From: Lepidodermella squamata
Taxonomy: Eukaryota > Animalia > Gastrotricha
NCBI GenBank assembly: GCA_047495785.1
Contig: JBLDXI010000019.1
Span: 1,674,001-1,738,000 of the forward strand
DNA: 64,000 nt
Reading direction: 5' to 3'
The notes beneath the pieces are model-generated. The model made no database searches. It saw nothing but the letters and a program-made list of their open reading frames with translations, and was not told the origin of the DNA. Positions 20,601 to 33,469 of the stretch are shown piece by piece. A program made the position numbers and the translations under genes. The number at the start of each line of letters is the position of its first letter. Position 1 is the stretch's first letter.

Positions 20601-23600
20601 ATTCGCGAAGTTTAACTCCACTGATGGTCGCCACTCAAAATGTCAACATTCCACTAGTTCGCCTTCTATTGGAATTCAACGCAAAATTAGATTCCGCCGA
20701 TTCTATGGGTCGAAATCCTTTTCTCATCGCTGCTGAGAAAGGATCGATTTCACTTGCTAAAATTCTAGTGGCAAAAGGCGCTGATCCTCTTCATCTTGAT
20801 AACAGAGGGCAATCAGCTTTTCATGTCACCAGAAATGCTGGTTTTCTCGAATATTTTCTGTCTGTTTCTAACGCCACGAAATTGGTGAATTCAAAGTCGA
20901 AACGCGAGGCGAGCGGCTTCACGCCGTTATTGACCGCAATCATTAGTCGCAAGGCAATTGATTTCATTCAAATTCTGCTGAATAACGGAGCCGATCCTGA
21001 AATAACCGATGATTTGAACGGCTTCACGGCCTATCACATGGCGATTGAAGTGGGCGCTAATGACATTCTCGATAAATTGATCGAGGCGTTGGGCCATCGC
21101 AGTGTCTATGTGGCGGCTGACAGGCGCGGCCGGTCGCCTTTCCATCTGGCGGTCGTGAAAAACAGCGTTGAAGCTATGAAATCGCTGCTGAATAAGGGTT
21201 CGAAAAATTATTATTTCTCAGAAATGTTCTTTATTATAAAAATTATACTTGAATTTAAATTTTCAAAATTTCAAGATTAAAATTTAATTTGAAATGTTCT
21301 TTATTTAAAATTTAAAATTTCAGATTTTAGATTTTGAAATTTTGAAAATTGAAATTTTTTAAATTTAAAATTTAAAAAAAATTGATGATTTCAGAATTTC
21401 TAATTTCTAAAATATATCTTTCTATTGCTTAATCATCCGTTTTTTAGGTGTTGATATCAATCACATCGTTGAGGCTACAGGTGAAACAGCGCTTCATCTA
21501 GCGGCTCGCGTTGGCAATATTGAAACAATTAGTTTTCTCCTCGACCAAAAAATCGACTCGACAATCGTATCGGCAAATTACCGCCGAACCGCCTTCACGG
21601 AAGCTCTTTACTGGCGTAATTTCGAAGCTGCGAAGCTGTTATCAAGCCTCGATCTAACCATGCGTGACTCTGACGGCCGGACCGTGCTTCACCTGGCCGC
21701 TCTTCACGGTGATCTAGTCCTGTTACGAAGTGTCATTTTAAAAGCTCGGCAAACCGAAGAGGCTGATTTGTTGATTACTGCAATTGACAACAACGACGAC
21801 ACGGTTCTGCACTACGCGTTCCGCTCGAATGATTTCGAAATGATTCGATGGCTGCTTGACCACACAACGATTGATTGTACGCTGAAGAACAAACAAGGCC
21901 GGTCTGCTCTTCATTTAGCCGCCCATCTCGGTCATTTGTATCTTTTGAAGCACTTTCATAGATCAGGAAATTGCGATTCGGCTTTGCCTGATAACGATGG
22001 TCTATTGGTTCTTGAATACCCTAAAGTTTCCGCTAATTCAGAGCTGGTCGAAGAGCTGGTAATCAACTCGGGAAGGGATGACTGCTTGGGTATCATCAGA
22101 CGATTAAAATTAGCCATCCGAATGAATCTCAAGCCCATCACTGCTTTAACTATTCAAGAGAACAAGTTTCAATGCGATTTTTCAACAATTTTGCTCGAAA
22201 AAATTGGCGGGGAAAGTGTATTCGACATCGCGTTGATTAAGCAAGATTTCGACATAATTAACCTTGCCCTCGACCTTGGTAACAATAATAATGCGAACTT
22301 CGACGTTTTAACCAAGTTGATATTCGCTGATCGATTGAAAACGATTCAAGCTATGATCGATGGCTCTGAGCGTCAGTTGAAAAACTTCGATGGAAATTGC
22401 CCTGATTTCGACCGACCTTCACTGCGTCAATTGAACGAAAAGCCCGAAAATGTCGCGAGAACCAGGGCAAATTTGATGGTTGAACCTGTTACATCAAGGC
22501 TCCGTAAGCAACTTCGAACGGTTATCAAGAAACAGTTCAGCGAGGATTCTCAAGTCAAGACTGGCTCAAATGACATTGGTAGAGGAGTTGACTTGATTTT
22601 GACCAGTTCATCGTCAAAACTTGACCTGAACAAGCCGTTAGATACCCAAGGCAATACTTTGCTTCATTACGCTTCGATGGATGCGATTTGCCAGTCTGGA
22701 GCTATCGAAACTTTGATAAAGAACGGTGCTGATCCTAATAGATTGAATGAAGCCGGTTTGTCGCCTCTTCACCTTGCTTCCATTTCCAAGAATCAATGTG
22801 CCGATTTGTTGATTGATGTTCTATTGAAGAATGGAGCTTCAATTGACCTGCCGGCTTCGATTGAACTCGCTGATGGGGATTCCGCCGTTACTCCTCTCCA
22901 TTTGGCTGCGACTAAATGTGGAAACCTCCAAGCTCTGGAACCTTTAACCAACTATGGCCGAATCAACTCGAAGCTGGAAGCAGAGATTGACGACTTCAAA
23001 TTTGATGAAAACAGGTTTTTGAACCCTTCGGATCTTGTCAACGACCGATTTTTGGTCGAAGAAAATGGCAAAACGTTTTTCCCAAGGCCCGACAGGGAAA
23101 AACGAGGTCGCTTCAATATGATGACAAAATTCGGTAAAACCCCAGCTGCAGTTGCAATTGACTCTGGAAGGTTCGATGTTCTCGAAAGGTTAGAGGCCCT
23201 CGGTGGTTTCGACGTATCCGTCCTTAAAAACGCCTACTTGGGTACTAAAGGTCGTGTTTCAAGAGGCCTGACCACCAAAACTGGTGATGCTTTCTCCGGC
23301 TGTCGATATTTGGCTAATCAATGCAGGCGAGAAGTTGAAGATTTGAACGATAAAGCTCTGTCATGCTCGAATGAATTGACCTTTCTTAGAACGTCCGAAT
23401 CTTCGAAATTCAATGTTTTAAAGCGGGCTATCCATCTGTCATCGGATCTCTCCGACTCGAAGCCGTCGAAAAAGTTCTTCTTCATAATCGAAGGTCAATT
23501 CAACTTTGATGAAGCTGAAAAAGCTTGCATAGGTCGAGGTGGAACATTGGCGCAGATTCATGATGATCAAGAGTTCAAACTGTTGCGGACTATTGGCGAG

Positions 23601-24512
23601 GCGAAGATTCCTACTCAGCTATGGATTGGTCTCAAGCGTGGCTCGACTAACCAACGCTTGTATTGGTGGACTGATGGTTCTTTGCTTGATAGCAGTGTTG
23701 AAATCGAGGATGTACCTGGCCTGAAATGTGTCACTCTGCAGTCGACAAAAGCTAGTAAAATGGTAATTAATGATTCTGAGGGACCTTTTTTGAAAAATAA
23801 TTTCCAGTTTTTGACTGCTGTTTCTTGCGGCGTCAACATCGGCGGTAGCCTCTGTCAAATTGAAATGGTAAATTACGCTGAATTACTTTCGAAATCTGTT
23901 CAGGATTCTTCTCCCGTAGCGACAGCCCGAGTTTTGGCTTGCGCATGGTTCATTTACATGGGAAGAAGCTATGATCGCATGCCAGCAATCTTCAAATTCC
24001 TCGAAATCTTCCAGCGGTCTTGCGATGCCTAAATATCAAGTTTACCTCGACGAAATTCTGGCGAAAGGTTGGCACTTTGACGAGTTACATCGATTAACCC
24101 AAAATTTGATAATTAAGGCAGCTGGCCTGAGAATCAACGCGGCTGGCAAGGTTGCTGGATAGGATTAAGGCGGATAAGTTCAAGCGAACAAGACGCCAAG
24201 TTCCGTTGGACTGATGAAACCTTTCTCGAGCCTCTCGATAATTTGCCTTGGATAGCCGGTCAGCCGGTAAATTCTTGAAATTTTGGATTTTTGGAAATTT
24301 TCGAATCCTAATAATTACAGGCTGTGATTGGCGGGCCAGATGACTGCGTGGAACTGTTTTCGAAAAAGCACCTTGAACCTGTAATTATTTTCGGATTTTG
24401 TCTCGAAAAAGGAGATTAATTTGTTTTTCATTAGGGTCGAGCTGGTAGACTGAACGATTTGCCGTGCGACTTCCGTCTAAGCTGTGCCGTGTGTTACCGT
24501 AATTCTTATTGA
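17628..24512 (+). CDS. Signal peptide + degenerate chitin-binding-type-2-like module + long ankyrin-repeat array + two C-type lectin domains (7 exons, about 1514 aa)
   Basis: Exons 17628-18614, 20495-21197, 21448-23867, 23920-24067, 24118-24266, 24321-24380, 24435-24512 splice in frame. Many TPLH/TALH ankyrin motifs. Two WIGL-containing CTLDs (second has GQP..DDCV..RLNDLPC). Confidence 0.82.
18985..19218. mobile_element. MITE-like element, GGAACC/GGTTCC subterminal-repeat family (intronic)
   Basis: GGAACC/CGAACC repeats at left and GGTTCC/GGTTCG at right. Ends resemble the 58520-58822 copy. Boundaries approximate. Confidence 0.55.
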
Positions 24513-24708
24513 TCGCAAAATTGACAGAAAGTGAATTATGTTAGTTTTTATGAAGAATTATTTTCCCACCAGATAATATTTATTTCGAATAAATTACTTT
24601 TCGTCCAATGAGATTTTAGATTTTATGATCACAATTTGAACTCCACTCAGTCAGCACTCAGTCTAATAAGCAATGCAACTTCATTCAAAAATATTTAAAA
24701 CCTGAATA

Positions 24709-24881
24709 CAGTGAAACCTGTTATCTCGACTAAGGTTCCGAAAAATGCATTCAACATGCGGAGAGTTTCGACATAGAGAGAGAAATTTATTAGCTTATGT
24801 GAACTATAGACGGTTCTACGAAAAGTGTTCGACATGAGGGATTTTCGACCTTCACAGAGTTCGAGATAACAGGTTTTACTG
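24709..24881. mobile_element. Tc1/mariner(pogo)-type MITE
   Basis: TIRs CAGTGAAACCTGTTATCTCGA / TCGAGATAACAGGTTTTACTG flanked by TA on both sides. Confidence 0.85.
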
Positions 24882-25000
24882 TAATTGAAAGTGTTTTCCT
24901 CATATAGCGAAGTTACTTCCACGGAACTCAAATAAGTCTACTTTGAGTGAAATAAAACATATTTCTTGTCTGTAGGTCGCCAGACTTACTTTTAACCAAG

Positions 25001-28000
25001 TTAAAATACCATGATTCGCGAAAAAAGTATGGGAAGTGAACCGTCTTTTTCAACAGTAACATATCGACCAGTCAGCGGAGGCGTGCAGTGCCCAGTCATA
25101 GACTGTCCCTGGACGAGATTAACCGAACGAAGGCCCTCGCTCCAAATGTCACATATTGGGTTCAGTGCCAATGAAGCATCCGCAGAATTTCCGACCCGCA
25201 TTACAAGCCTGGCAATCAAAGCGGGCTGTGACCAACCCGATCCAAGCTGGGTGACTACAACGATTTTAGACACAGACACCGAAACGCCGAGATCGACCTG
25301 AAACCAGCCGGAGGTCACAGTCAAGGTTCCACTAGTTGACCCAAACGTCGTCATCGCCACCAGATTAGCTGCAGAATTCATGGTGGTTGATGTGACAACT
25401 TTGTACAGCGCAAAATCTGTCGCGTCATCATTATAGACGCTAATTTGGCAGACGTCAATGTATGTATCCATGGAGACGCTTAAAAGAGTCACGTAACGAC
25501 CCGAAACCGGTTTGCTGCATGGCATATTGAATTTTCGAGGGTATGGCATCACTGAGCTTGAGGCTGTGCAAACGGGTTGGTTCATGGCTTGGTCAGCGCT
25601 CACAGGTTGCGTATCACTGACTCGAAGCTGAAAATTCCTTGCTGCATATTCAATAGTACCTAAATAATTGCAGCCTCGAACTCCGAAACGGCCAGATGGC
25701 GAACCAACGAATTCGTCAACCATGAATCTGATGCCAATAGCTTGTATTGGTGGGTTCAGGTAATTAATCATCGGGGTCGGGTTCACAGCAGATGTCGGTC
25801 CATCGAAAATGCGAATCCGGGAGCCGTTGTTGTCCTGGGTATAAGCCATCCAAAATGTGTTCCCATCAAGACTGCTTGTTATGTGGTATTTCGTTATCCA
25901 AGCAGTTTTGTTGACGTTGCTCTGAACTAGGACCGCTGTCACAATTTTGAAATTGTAGAATTTTATTTGGAAATATGGCTGTGGATCAGTGGCCAAGGCT
26001 TGCCACTCATAAATACTGTTCAAGGAAAACCACCCGGCGCCTCTTGAGTCGATATGGGTTGAGTAGGACGCAGCAGGGTTTGCAAAGAAAAGGTCAGCCT
26101 TGCACAAAATGTCTGTAAGTTGAAACTTAAAAATCCACACTCAGTATAATTCGTGCAAGATTAGTTACCTGGACACCCGCGAAACATGACTCGGAACGAA
26201 ATGGCACCGAACCATGACAGCGGCATGATACGAAGTAAACGAGTTGCAAGTACTGGATTCAAGAAATTCCATACGACAGTGTCAGCGTTAGTGTTTCCCG
26301 TAAATACCTATTGAAAAAAGGATAACTGCGACCTTCTTTAGTTGGTAAAAATGAACGTTCACCTTAGACGAACCGGTCTGACGGTTTAGATATAAAAATG
26401 TCATCACATTTGTATTGGTATAGGACAGCTTGTAACTTGAAACGTAGTATCCTGTCGAGTAGTCACCCTGTGTACCCAGCGAAGTTAACGTAATCTCTTC
26501 TAGGAAGTCGAATTGGGCGTATTGGTTAACGTCAGCAGTTGCGAGTTGCACGCAGCAAGAAGTTGAACCTGGCGTGTTAGCATCGCCGATCCATCGATTG
26601 TTCAAGCGGAATTGGTTGAAAGTGACATTTGCAGCTGACTTGTACAAGCTTCCACTGTTGGCAAATGTCACTCTTGGGGTCAGGTCGGTCTCACACCAGT
26701 GACCTTGAACTGAAATAAAAACAATATTAACATTTCTATGAATAAATAAATTATGTTTTACGCATGTTAGGTCCTGGGCACTGGCTCGCGACTTCTTGGG
26801 CTAGATATTGATTAAGGTAGCCTTGGAATATCGTCATACATGCAATATTTCCAGTGAACTGGTTGCTTCCGATATCACGACCAGATATGATTCTTTGATC
26901 TGTGACCGGCTGTGAATTAGGAAAAGGCTTCGAAATTAGTAAAGCGCCATCCTGGTAACCCTCGAACTTCATGCTGTCTACTGTCATGTCGAATGTCATC
27001 ATGTGGTGCTGCCATATATTAAGAAATGAGCTGAGATTGCCCACCGTCTGGGAGAATAAAGTTGCCGTTCCACTGACTTTCATATTGGCCTCGTAGTATA
27101 TCGAATTCGGGGTAATTGCTTTCATAGTGTAACGAATCGTGCTGGTGTCATCAATTGAGTATAGTGGCATTCCAATGGTATTGCCTGTTTGTTTGCTGTA
27201 GACAAATACTCCGATAGAATACGACTGGGCTGTTCCATTTCCGAGACCAAATAACAAATTTGTCTGAGAGGAGTAGTGATGGTTGTTGGCGGCTGTACTA
27301 TAACTAGTTCCCCAAGTATCATCAGTTACTGCTGATTTCCAAGGAAAGCCATCTCCCAGACTGCTACCACCCATCGGGGTCCACGATGCACTATCAACAA
27401 GTGAACTTATTCCATAGGATCCGTCCCAGGGAGTGTTTAACACTGCCGTCATGTCTGCAGTTGAAGTCAATGGACATCTCTTCAGTGAGTAGATTTGGCG
27501 TCTTGTCAGCAATGACTTGTAAGCTTGGAAGCAAGCCACACTTATCGATGACGATTGAGCTATACCGAAGTAGGTCGTGGATGTTTCCACGCCATTTGGA
27601 CAGCCAATGCCAGACAGCGACCCAACAGTCTCACCCTCATGGAAGATTTGAAATACCGGATTGCGGTTAGGGTTATAACCGAGACCAACAAACGCCCATG
27701 TATTTGGGGTGAGAATTCTGGTCGAAGCTACGTATTGATACGTGGTACCACCAACGCCATTTCTGCACCGAAACCCGCCGGCTAAGAAACCGTTGTGAAT
27801 CGCCAAATAGACAGTTGTGTTCGCCGAATCGTAAGACCAGCCCATAATTGTTCCATTAGAGTCAACTCCAGGCATCACGTGAATCAGGGCCGTGAACGAG
27901 TACTGCAAGTCAAGAGCATTGGCAGGAGCCGCTGTTATCTGCATCTGCAAGTAGTCGTTGGCTGTAGGAAGGTTCCAGGCTCTAATAACATTCAGATAAA

Positions 28001-30594
28001 CATGAAATGGTCGAACGAATTGGAATACTCACGTTGAAGTGAAACCGTACATCTTGGAGCATTGTGGGCTACCGACGCTATTGAAGCTCGCTCCGAACCC
28101 TACAGCGTCCGTCAACGAACAAGCAAGCGGGAAAACAGCGACAGGGGGCGGAGCTTGATAAGTAAAATCGATTAACATCGAATAAGAGCATCAAAAAACG
28201 ACAAACTTAGCCAGGGGCACATGCTCGCTTGATGAATCTCAGAGTGATCCAATCCTCGCTGGTAAAATTGCATGCAGGCAATCTTTCCCGTCCAAGCCCC
28301 GGAGACCATGAAATATTGCGAAAGTTTGAAAGCATCTACGGCACATCCGACGTTGAAAATTGCCTGATCGTTGTTGTCAAAGTAAATTCTCGCTATTCCG
28401 GATTTGCAGTCGACTGTTACAGCAAAGAAAAACCATCGATTAAGCGGGATCTTAACGTCATGGTAAGGCCAAGTGTGGCTGGTTGTTGCACTGGTGGTGT
28501 AATCAAGCTTCACGGCTCGAGTCGATTGAACAATTTTTATGTTGAATCGCAACAAGCTATGCGAGAAGAAGTGTGCGTATCGCCTAAGAATTGAAGAGAA
28601 ACCAACCTGTTCTTGATCACATTTTTCATTAAATACAGATCACTTGACGCCGATGAGTAATACATCATCATTCCAAAGGTCCAGCCATTCTTCGTGTCGA
28701 TCAAATTTATGTTGTTAGTTCTCACGAGAACAGCTTTATCTGTCCCAGTCCACTCAAGAGACGCCATCGGCCTACCATCAAATCCAGTGCCGTAGTTCAG
28801 ACCGGGAGAAACAATCGCATGGTTTGCATTGTACGAATAATCATCCGCTCCATGGACATAATCGAACAGCCATAAACCATCCGGGTTCAGTGTAACAATA
28901 GGTGGAAAGTTTGGCGTCACGATATCGACCGATGTTACTTGCATTGTCGCGCCGAGATCGATTGTGGCATAAGCCTTTCCGCCTGGGCTGGACGGCATGA
29001 TGCGAGTGCAGTTTTGAAAGTGCTGCTTCCTAACAACCCGCTTTTGTGTTATAACAGAAGGACTGCCCATTGGCGTTATCGCAACGTTGTCAAAAGCTGA
29101 AAATGTGACTGCCTTATTTTCAGCTAGATCTTTTATATAAGGAGGAGGATCTGGAAATTAAATGTTGGTAAATTTTGCTTAAAATCCGCCAAAACAGACT
29201 TTTGCATCCTAGAAGCTCGAATCTGTAACACGGGGATGTCGAGTATGCCAAAGGAATGATGCTGAAGTATCGAGCGATCACGATGGCTGGAAACTTGATC
29301 ACAACAATCGCGTTAGAGTCGACATTGCCACTGAGATATTTCGATCCCGAACTGTCAGTTACGTCATTCCATTTGTCCGAATCAGTCGATTTGTATTGAA
29401 TATTGAACGAGGTTACCCAGGCGTTGAGCGATTTGCATCCTTGGACTTCAATCGCGGTGACTACTGTTGATTTTCTAAGATCGATCATGGTATTCGTAGG
29501 ATTGTTAGCAGTTGTTTGAAAGCCCCAATTCAAACGAACTTGAGAAGTCGCTCCGCCAAGTTGGGTGTTATCAATATCGCCATTCTCCATTCCAAGAGGA
29601 TCGAAACAGTTGGCCTGGCAGCCATCAAATTGGAAATTGACGCAGTTTATTGATCCAGTAACATTCGTGGCTGTTATTTTGAAATATCGGAGTAAAGTAG
29701 GCCGGAAGAAGTCATGCGTCACCGTTGACCATGGATAGTTTGTTAGGAACTAAAAATGCAGCATCTTCATCAGGAAATGACATATGATTAAATTCTACTA
29801 ACCTTAATGCTTTTCCCACGAGATGTGGTAACGCTTTGATAGGTAACATCATCGAGGCTTGTGTCCATTTGAATAACTGGGAAACAATAAGGGTCTTTGC
29901 ATTGGTACCAAAATTTCTTGACCCAAACGTAGCGCTGCAGGTCGACTTTGTACCAACTACCAACTGGGGCTCCACTAGCCATGCATGACCTGTAATTATG
30001 CCCAGCTGTTTTTCGTGCGAACGCAGCTACTTCAAACGGTGTGCCGATCGATGTACCGGTGTAACCTCGGTTGCTGCTGTATGCGAGATCTGATATGTAA
30101 GACGTGTCATAATCTAGCGTCTCTGTCGGGCCTGCAATAATCCCTGCCTGAGGATTCGCGCACGAACTCGCAGCTGCATTTTCAAGGTAAGCGTCGTAGT
30201 ACCAGGCCCGTCGACAATCGCCTTTAGTGGTCAGACACTGCTTACCCTTCCCCAAAAGACTGGATCCATCAACAACGAATGAATTGAAATCTGAGTTCGC
30301 TACGATGGTAGCTGTTGATGAGGCATCGGGGGATATCGTGAATAGGGCGCATGCCTTTGTACTGAGCTGAAACTGTGCCGCCTGGCAATTTCGATCGGCA
30401 GAACATAGAGAAGCGCATACAGAGTCTATGCTCGCTTGCGCAACGCCGGAGATCAAGAAATTGTTGAGGTTGGACAGACCGCTACTAGCTGTTGGGACTA
30501 TGTTGTAACCTGGGTAACGCTTGTAATAACTTCCGCATTCAGTAATGATTGACAATGTGCTGAGAAACAAGATGAAACCAAATATCTTATCCAT
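25001..30594 (-). CDS. Large secreted mosaic lectin-like protein A: PAN/apple, four F5/8-C (discoidin), three LamG/pentraxin-like, two F-type-lectin-fold domains; multi-exon
   Basis: Chain of minus-strand ORFs separated by short introns. Signal peptide, CASLC..DRNCQA PAN motif, CFDPLGMENG..RFELLGC F5/8, NRWFFFAVT/NTWAFVG/IWQHHMMT LamG, C.P..GRYV F-lectin. Not every exon boundary resolved. Confidence 0.82.
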
Positions 30595-30799
30595 TATTCC
30601 TTAGGGAAGAAATTGAATGCAATATTGAGGTTGTTATTGTAAATGCAGATATTCTATTCAATGATATTCAATTCTATTCAATTCAATGGCTATTTGACTA
30701 TTTTCAGCTCGGCATAATTAATGCATATGTGCGTGATACCCATCCTTGGGCGAATTTCCCTTTGTAAGGTTCGAATGCGGTCGAATGAAGTCATCGATC

Positions 30800-31075
30800 T
30801 TCCCTAACACAAAAGATTGGCTTCAAAACAACGGCGTGAATAGTTTAATTTAGTCACCTGTTTCTCATAAAAATTTTAAGAAGCATTGCAAAACGCCACG
30901 AAATTTAACAATAAAAAAATTAATGTGCCAAACAGAGAAGAGCTGGGCAAATGGAAACAAAGAAGTCAATCGATATCCTAGCCAACCAATCGACTGGCTG
31001 CGGCGAACTGCAATGGGTCCATCACCGGCTGTCAAAGTTTCAATTGCCAAGGAAAAACTCAACCCTTTCTCCATA
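30800..31075 (-). pseudogene. Duplicated, frameshifted 3' end and flank of the Sushi-ankyrin gene
   Basis: GLSFSLAIETLTAGDGPIAVRRSQSIG matches GLSFSWSIETVPADDEPIAVRRSRSIG. DNA aligns with about 31170-31450. Confidence 0.8.
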
Positions 31076-31284
31076 GAGATCAGCTTAACCAGAGAGGAAA
31101 CTCATGCTGAAAACTAAATACAAACAGTAATTTCGCATTTTGAAGTTTGAATGAGGTTGAAATATAGTTATCGATCCTCGCTAACACAAAAGTCGTTCAA
31201 AACAATCGATTGGATTGCATTTAGTTGAATTTATTCACATTTTTATCATAAAATGTTAAGGGGCATTACAAAAACGCCATAAAA

Positions 31285-32917
31285 TTAACAATAATAAATT
31301 TGATGTAGCAAACAGAGAGACGCTAGGATAATGGAAACAAAGAAGTTAATCGATATCCGCGACCCAATCGACCGGCTGCGACGAACTGCAATTGGTTCAT
31401 CATCGGCGGGCACCGTTTCAATCGACCAGGAAAAACTCAACCCTTCCTCCAACTTCACTGGAGGTGATTTGGTGGTGACGTAGTAGCTTTTGGTTGACCG
31501 ATGTGTCGTTACTCGAGCGGCGCTGAATCCGCTATCACCCCTTATCAAACGGATCACCCGGATGAAATGTTTCTCTGTTGCTAGCTGAAACGCTGTTTTA
31601 CCATCGCTCTTCGCGGTAATAGATGCATTCGCCCCTCGCGACATCAACGATTCAGCAATTTCAGCCAGTGCCTCCTCGTCATCGACATCACGACATGCCA
31701 TGACCAAAGCCGATCCATCTTCATCAGATTCAGCGTTCACATCGGCCCCGAATTCAAGGAGTAACTGAACGGCTTTCACAAACCCGCCACTCGCAGCCGC
31801 CATTAGAGCTGTGGAGCCTTCGTGGCCCCTGGCCTCTAAATCAGCCCCGCGCTCCAGAAGTAGCCGCAGGATCTTTGTATGGCTAACCGCTGCAATTAGA
31901 GGCGTGTAGCCAGATATCGCCTCGTTTTCGTCACCAGCGTAGAATTGCTGTTGATTGACGTCCTCGATACGATCCAACAAAAGCCGCGATAAGTTGAAAC
32001 TCCCTGAAATCATCGCGTAGATAAAAGGGGTGTAGCCCAAATGTGGCTGGACAATGTTCGGCTGAGCCCCAGCGTCTAATAACATCTCGACAACATCGAC
32101 CCGGTTGCAACTCGAGGCGACAATCGTCGGATTTTGGTACCGAACTGTCGCAGACTGAATGCCGCTGTTAGGATTGGCGCAGTTATCCAGAAGGAGCTTC
32201 ACTACTGCCGTTGTGAAAGTCGGATTTTGAAGCCTGTAACCAACTGCGACTGATAACGGTGTGTTGCCGTTTTTATCAGCTTGATTCACATCGGCGCCAT
32301 GGTCGATTAGAAGCTGAATAAGGGCCGTGTTTTGAGTGCAGGCAACGGCGATAATCAAAGCTGTTGGCTCTGATGGGCGAGTGACTAGATCTTGTTCACA
32401 CAGCTTTGCTTGTCGCCATTGGCTAGGCCAGGCACTGCCCTCAAGACTTGTCCCGTTATCCAGCATCTCCCTCACATCTTCGTGTCGATTTTCTTTGATA
32501 GCAATTGCTAGTTCTGATGATAACTTTGCTCTGAAGTGCGGTTTAACAAGAGAAGCATTTGCTCCAAGGCATTTAAGAGGACGTTTGTAAATCGGGGTTT
32601 GCCGGATGGGTGAGCAGTGCCCGTTGTAGAGCCATCTCCCGTGCGGTCCAGTGCATTCAATAGTATTGATTTTCCGCACCTCGAAACCTCGATTGCATTT
32701 GAATAATCGTGTCGAGTTTAGCGTCGAGTTGCCAGGTTCACCTGTTCCACTGACGATTGACGGTTCAGTTCGACATATTGGATTATCTGAAAAACGATTT
32801 ATTGCCCGAAAATTGCGAATAAGGTTTACATTGAATTCTACCTAAGATTGCGGCTGCAGTTCGGAAAATACCAGCTAAAATTAGCAGGTTATTACGGAAA
32901 TTGAAATGAAAAGTCAT
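31285..32917 (-). CDS. Signal peptide + Sushi/CCP domain + ankyrin repeats + Thr/Ser-rich stalk + hydrophobic C-terminus (GPI-like or TM); 2 exons, about 525 aa
   Basis: Exon 1 32917-32842 (MTFHFNFRNNLLILAGIFRTAAAIL), exon 2 32786-31285. CRTEPSIVSG..FKCNRGFEV..IECTGPHGRW..GHC is Sushi-like. About 9 ankyrin repeats. Tail INFFVSIILASLCLLHQIYYC. Confidence 0.8.
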
Positions 32918-33469
32918 TCTGATTCTTTGTTGTGATGATGATTTTAACCTGAAGCTTTAAAATAACTCGACCTTCTCGTTGAACTCACACGCGATAGATA
33001 AGAGACCACCTGGCTCGTTAGGTCGATAGTTGAATTATGTGTTGAGAATTTAAATATTTCAGGCTATTTTAACGACATTTTAGGATTTTACGAATGAACG
33101 AAAATTAACCTGAAAATGGGTTAAAAAGCCGTCCCAAAATTACATGTGAGGCCAATTTGATATACATGCATGCAGCTAAGTTTGAGGAAACTGCTAGCTG
33201 ACCTTTCATTTTTTCCAGTTTTCTCAGTTTCTCATTGGGCCCCGATTTCGAGCACTATGGAAGCTCTAATTCTATTTTCCCAGTCATCAGGATCGGTGAT
33301 AACGCGCACGCATCAACATTTTATTTTATTTAAGTTTTATTTTCTCTACATTAACAGGAAAAAAAGAAGTCTAATCACGCATCACCAACAAACAAAGTAG
33401 TCGAATTTTGATCAGCTTATTGCAAACGAGTCCCACGATGCAAAAAATCGAGTCTTGGAACCGAGGCTG

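Noticed and set aside
23868-24032. ORF-track C-terminus of the 790-aa ORF (..FQRSCDA*)
   Set aside because: Read-through of a 52-nt intron (23868-23919); the spliced frame continues into a second C-type lectin domain.
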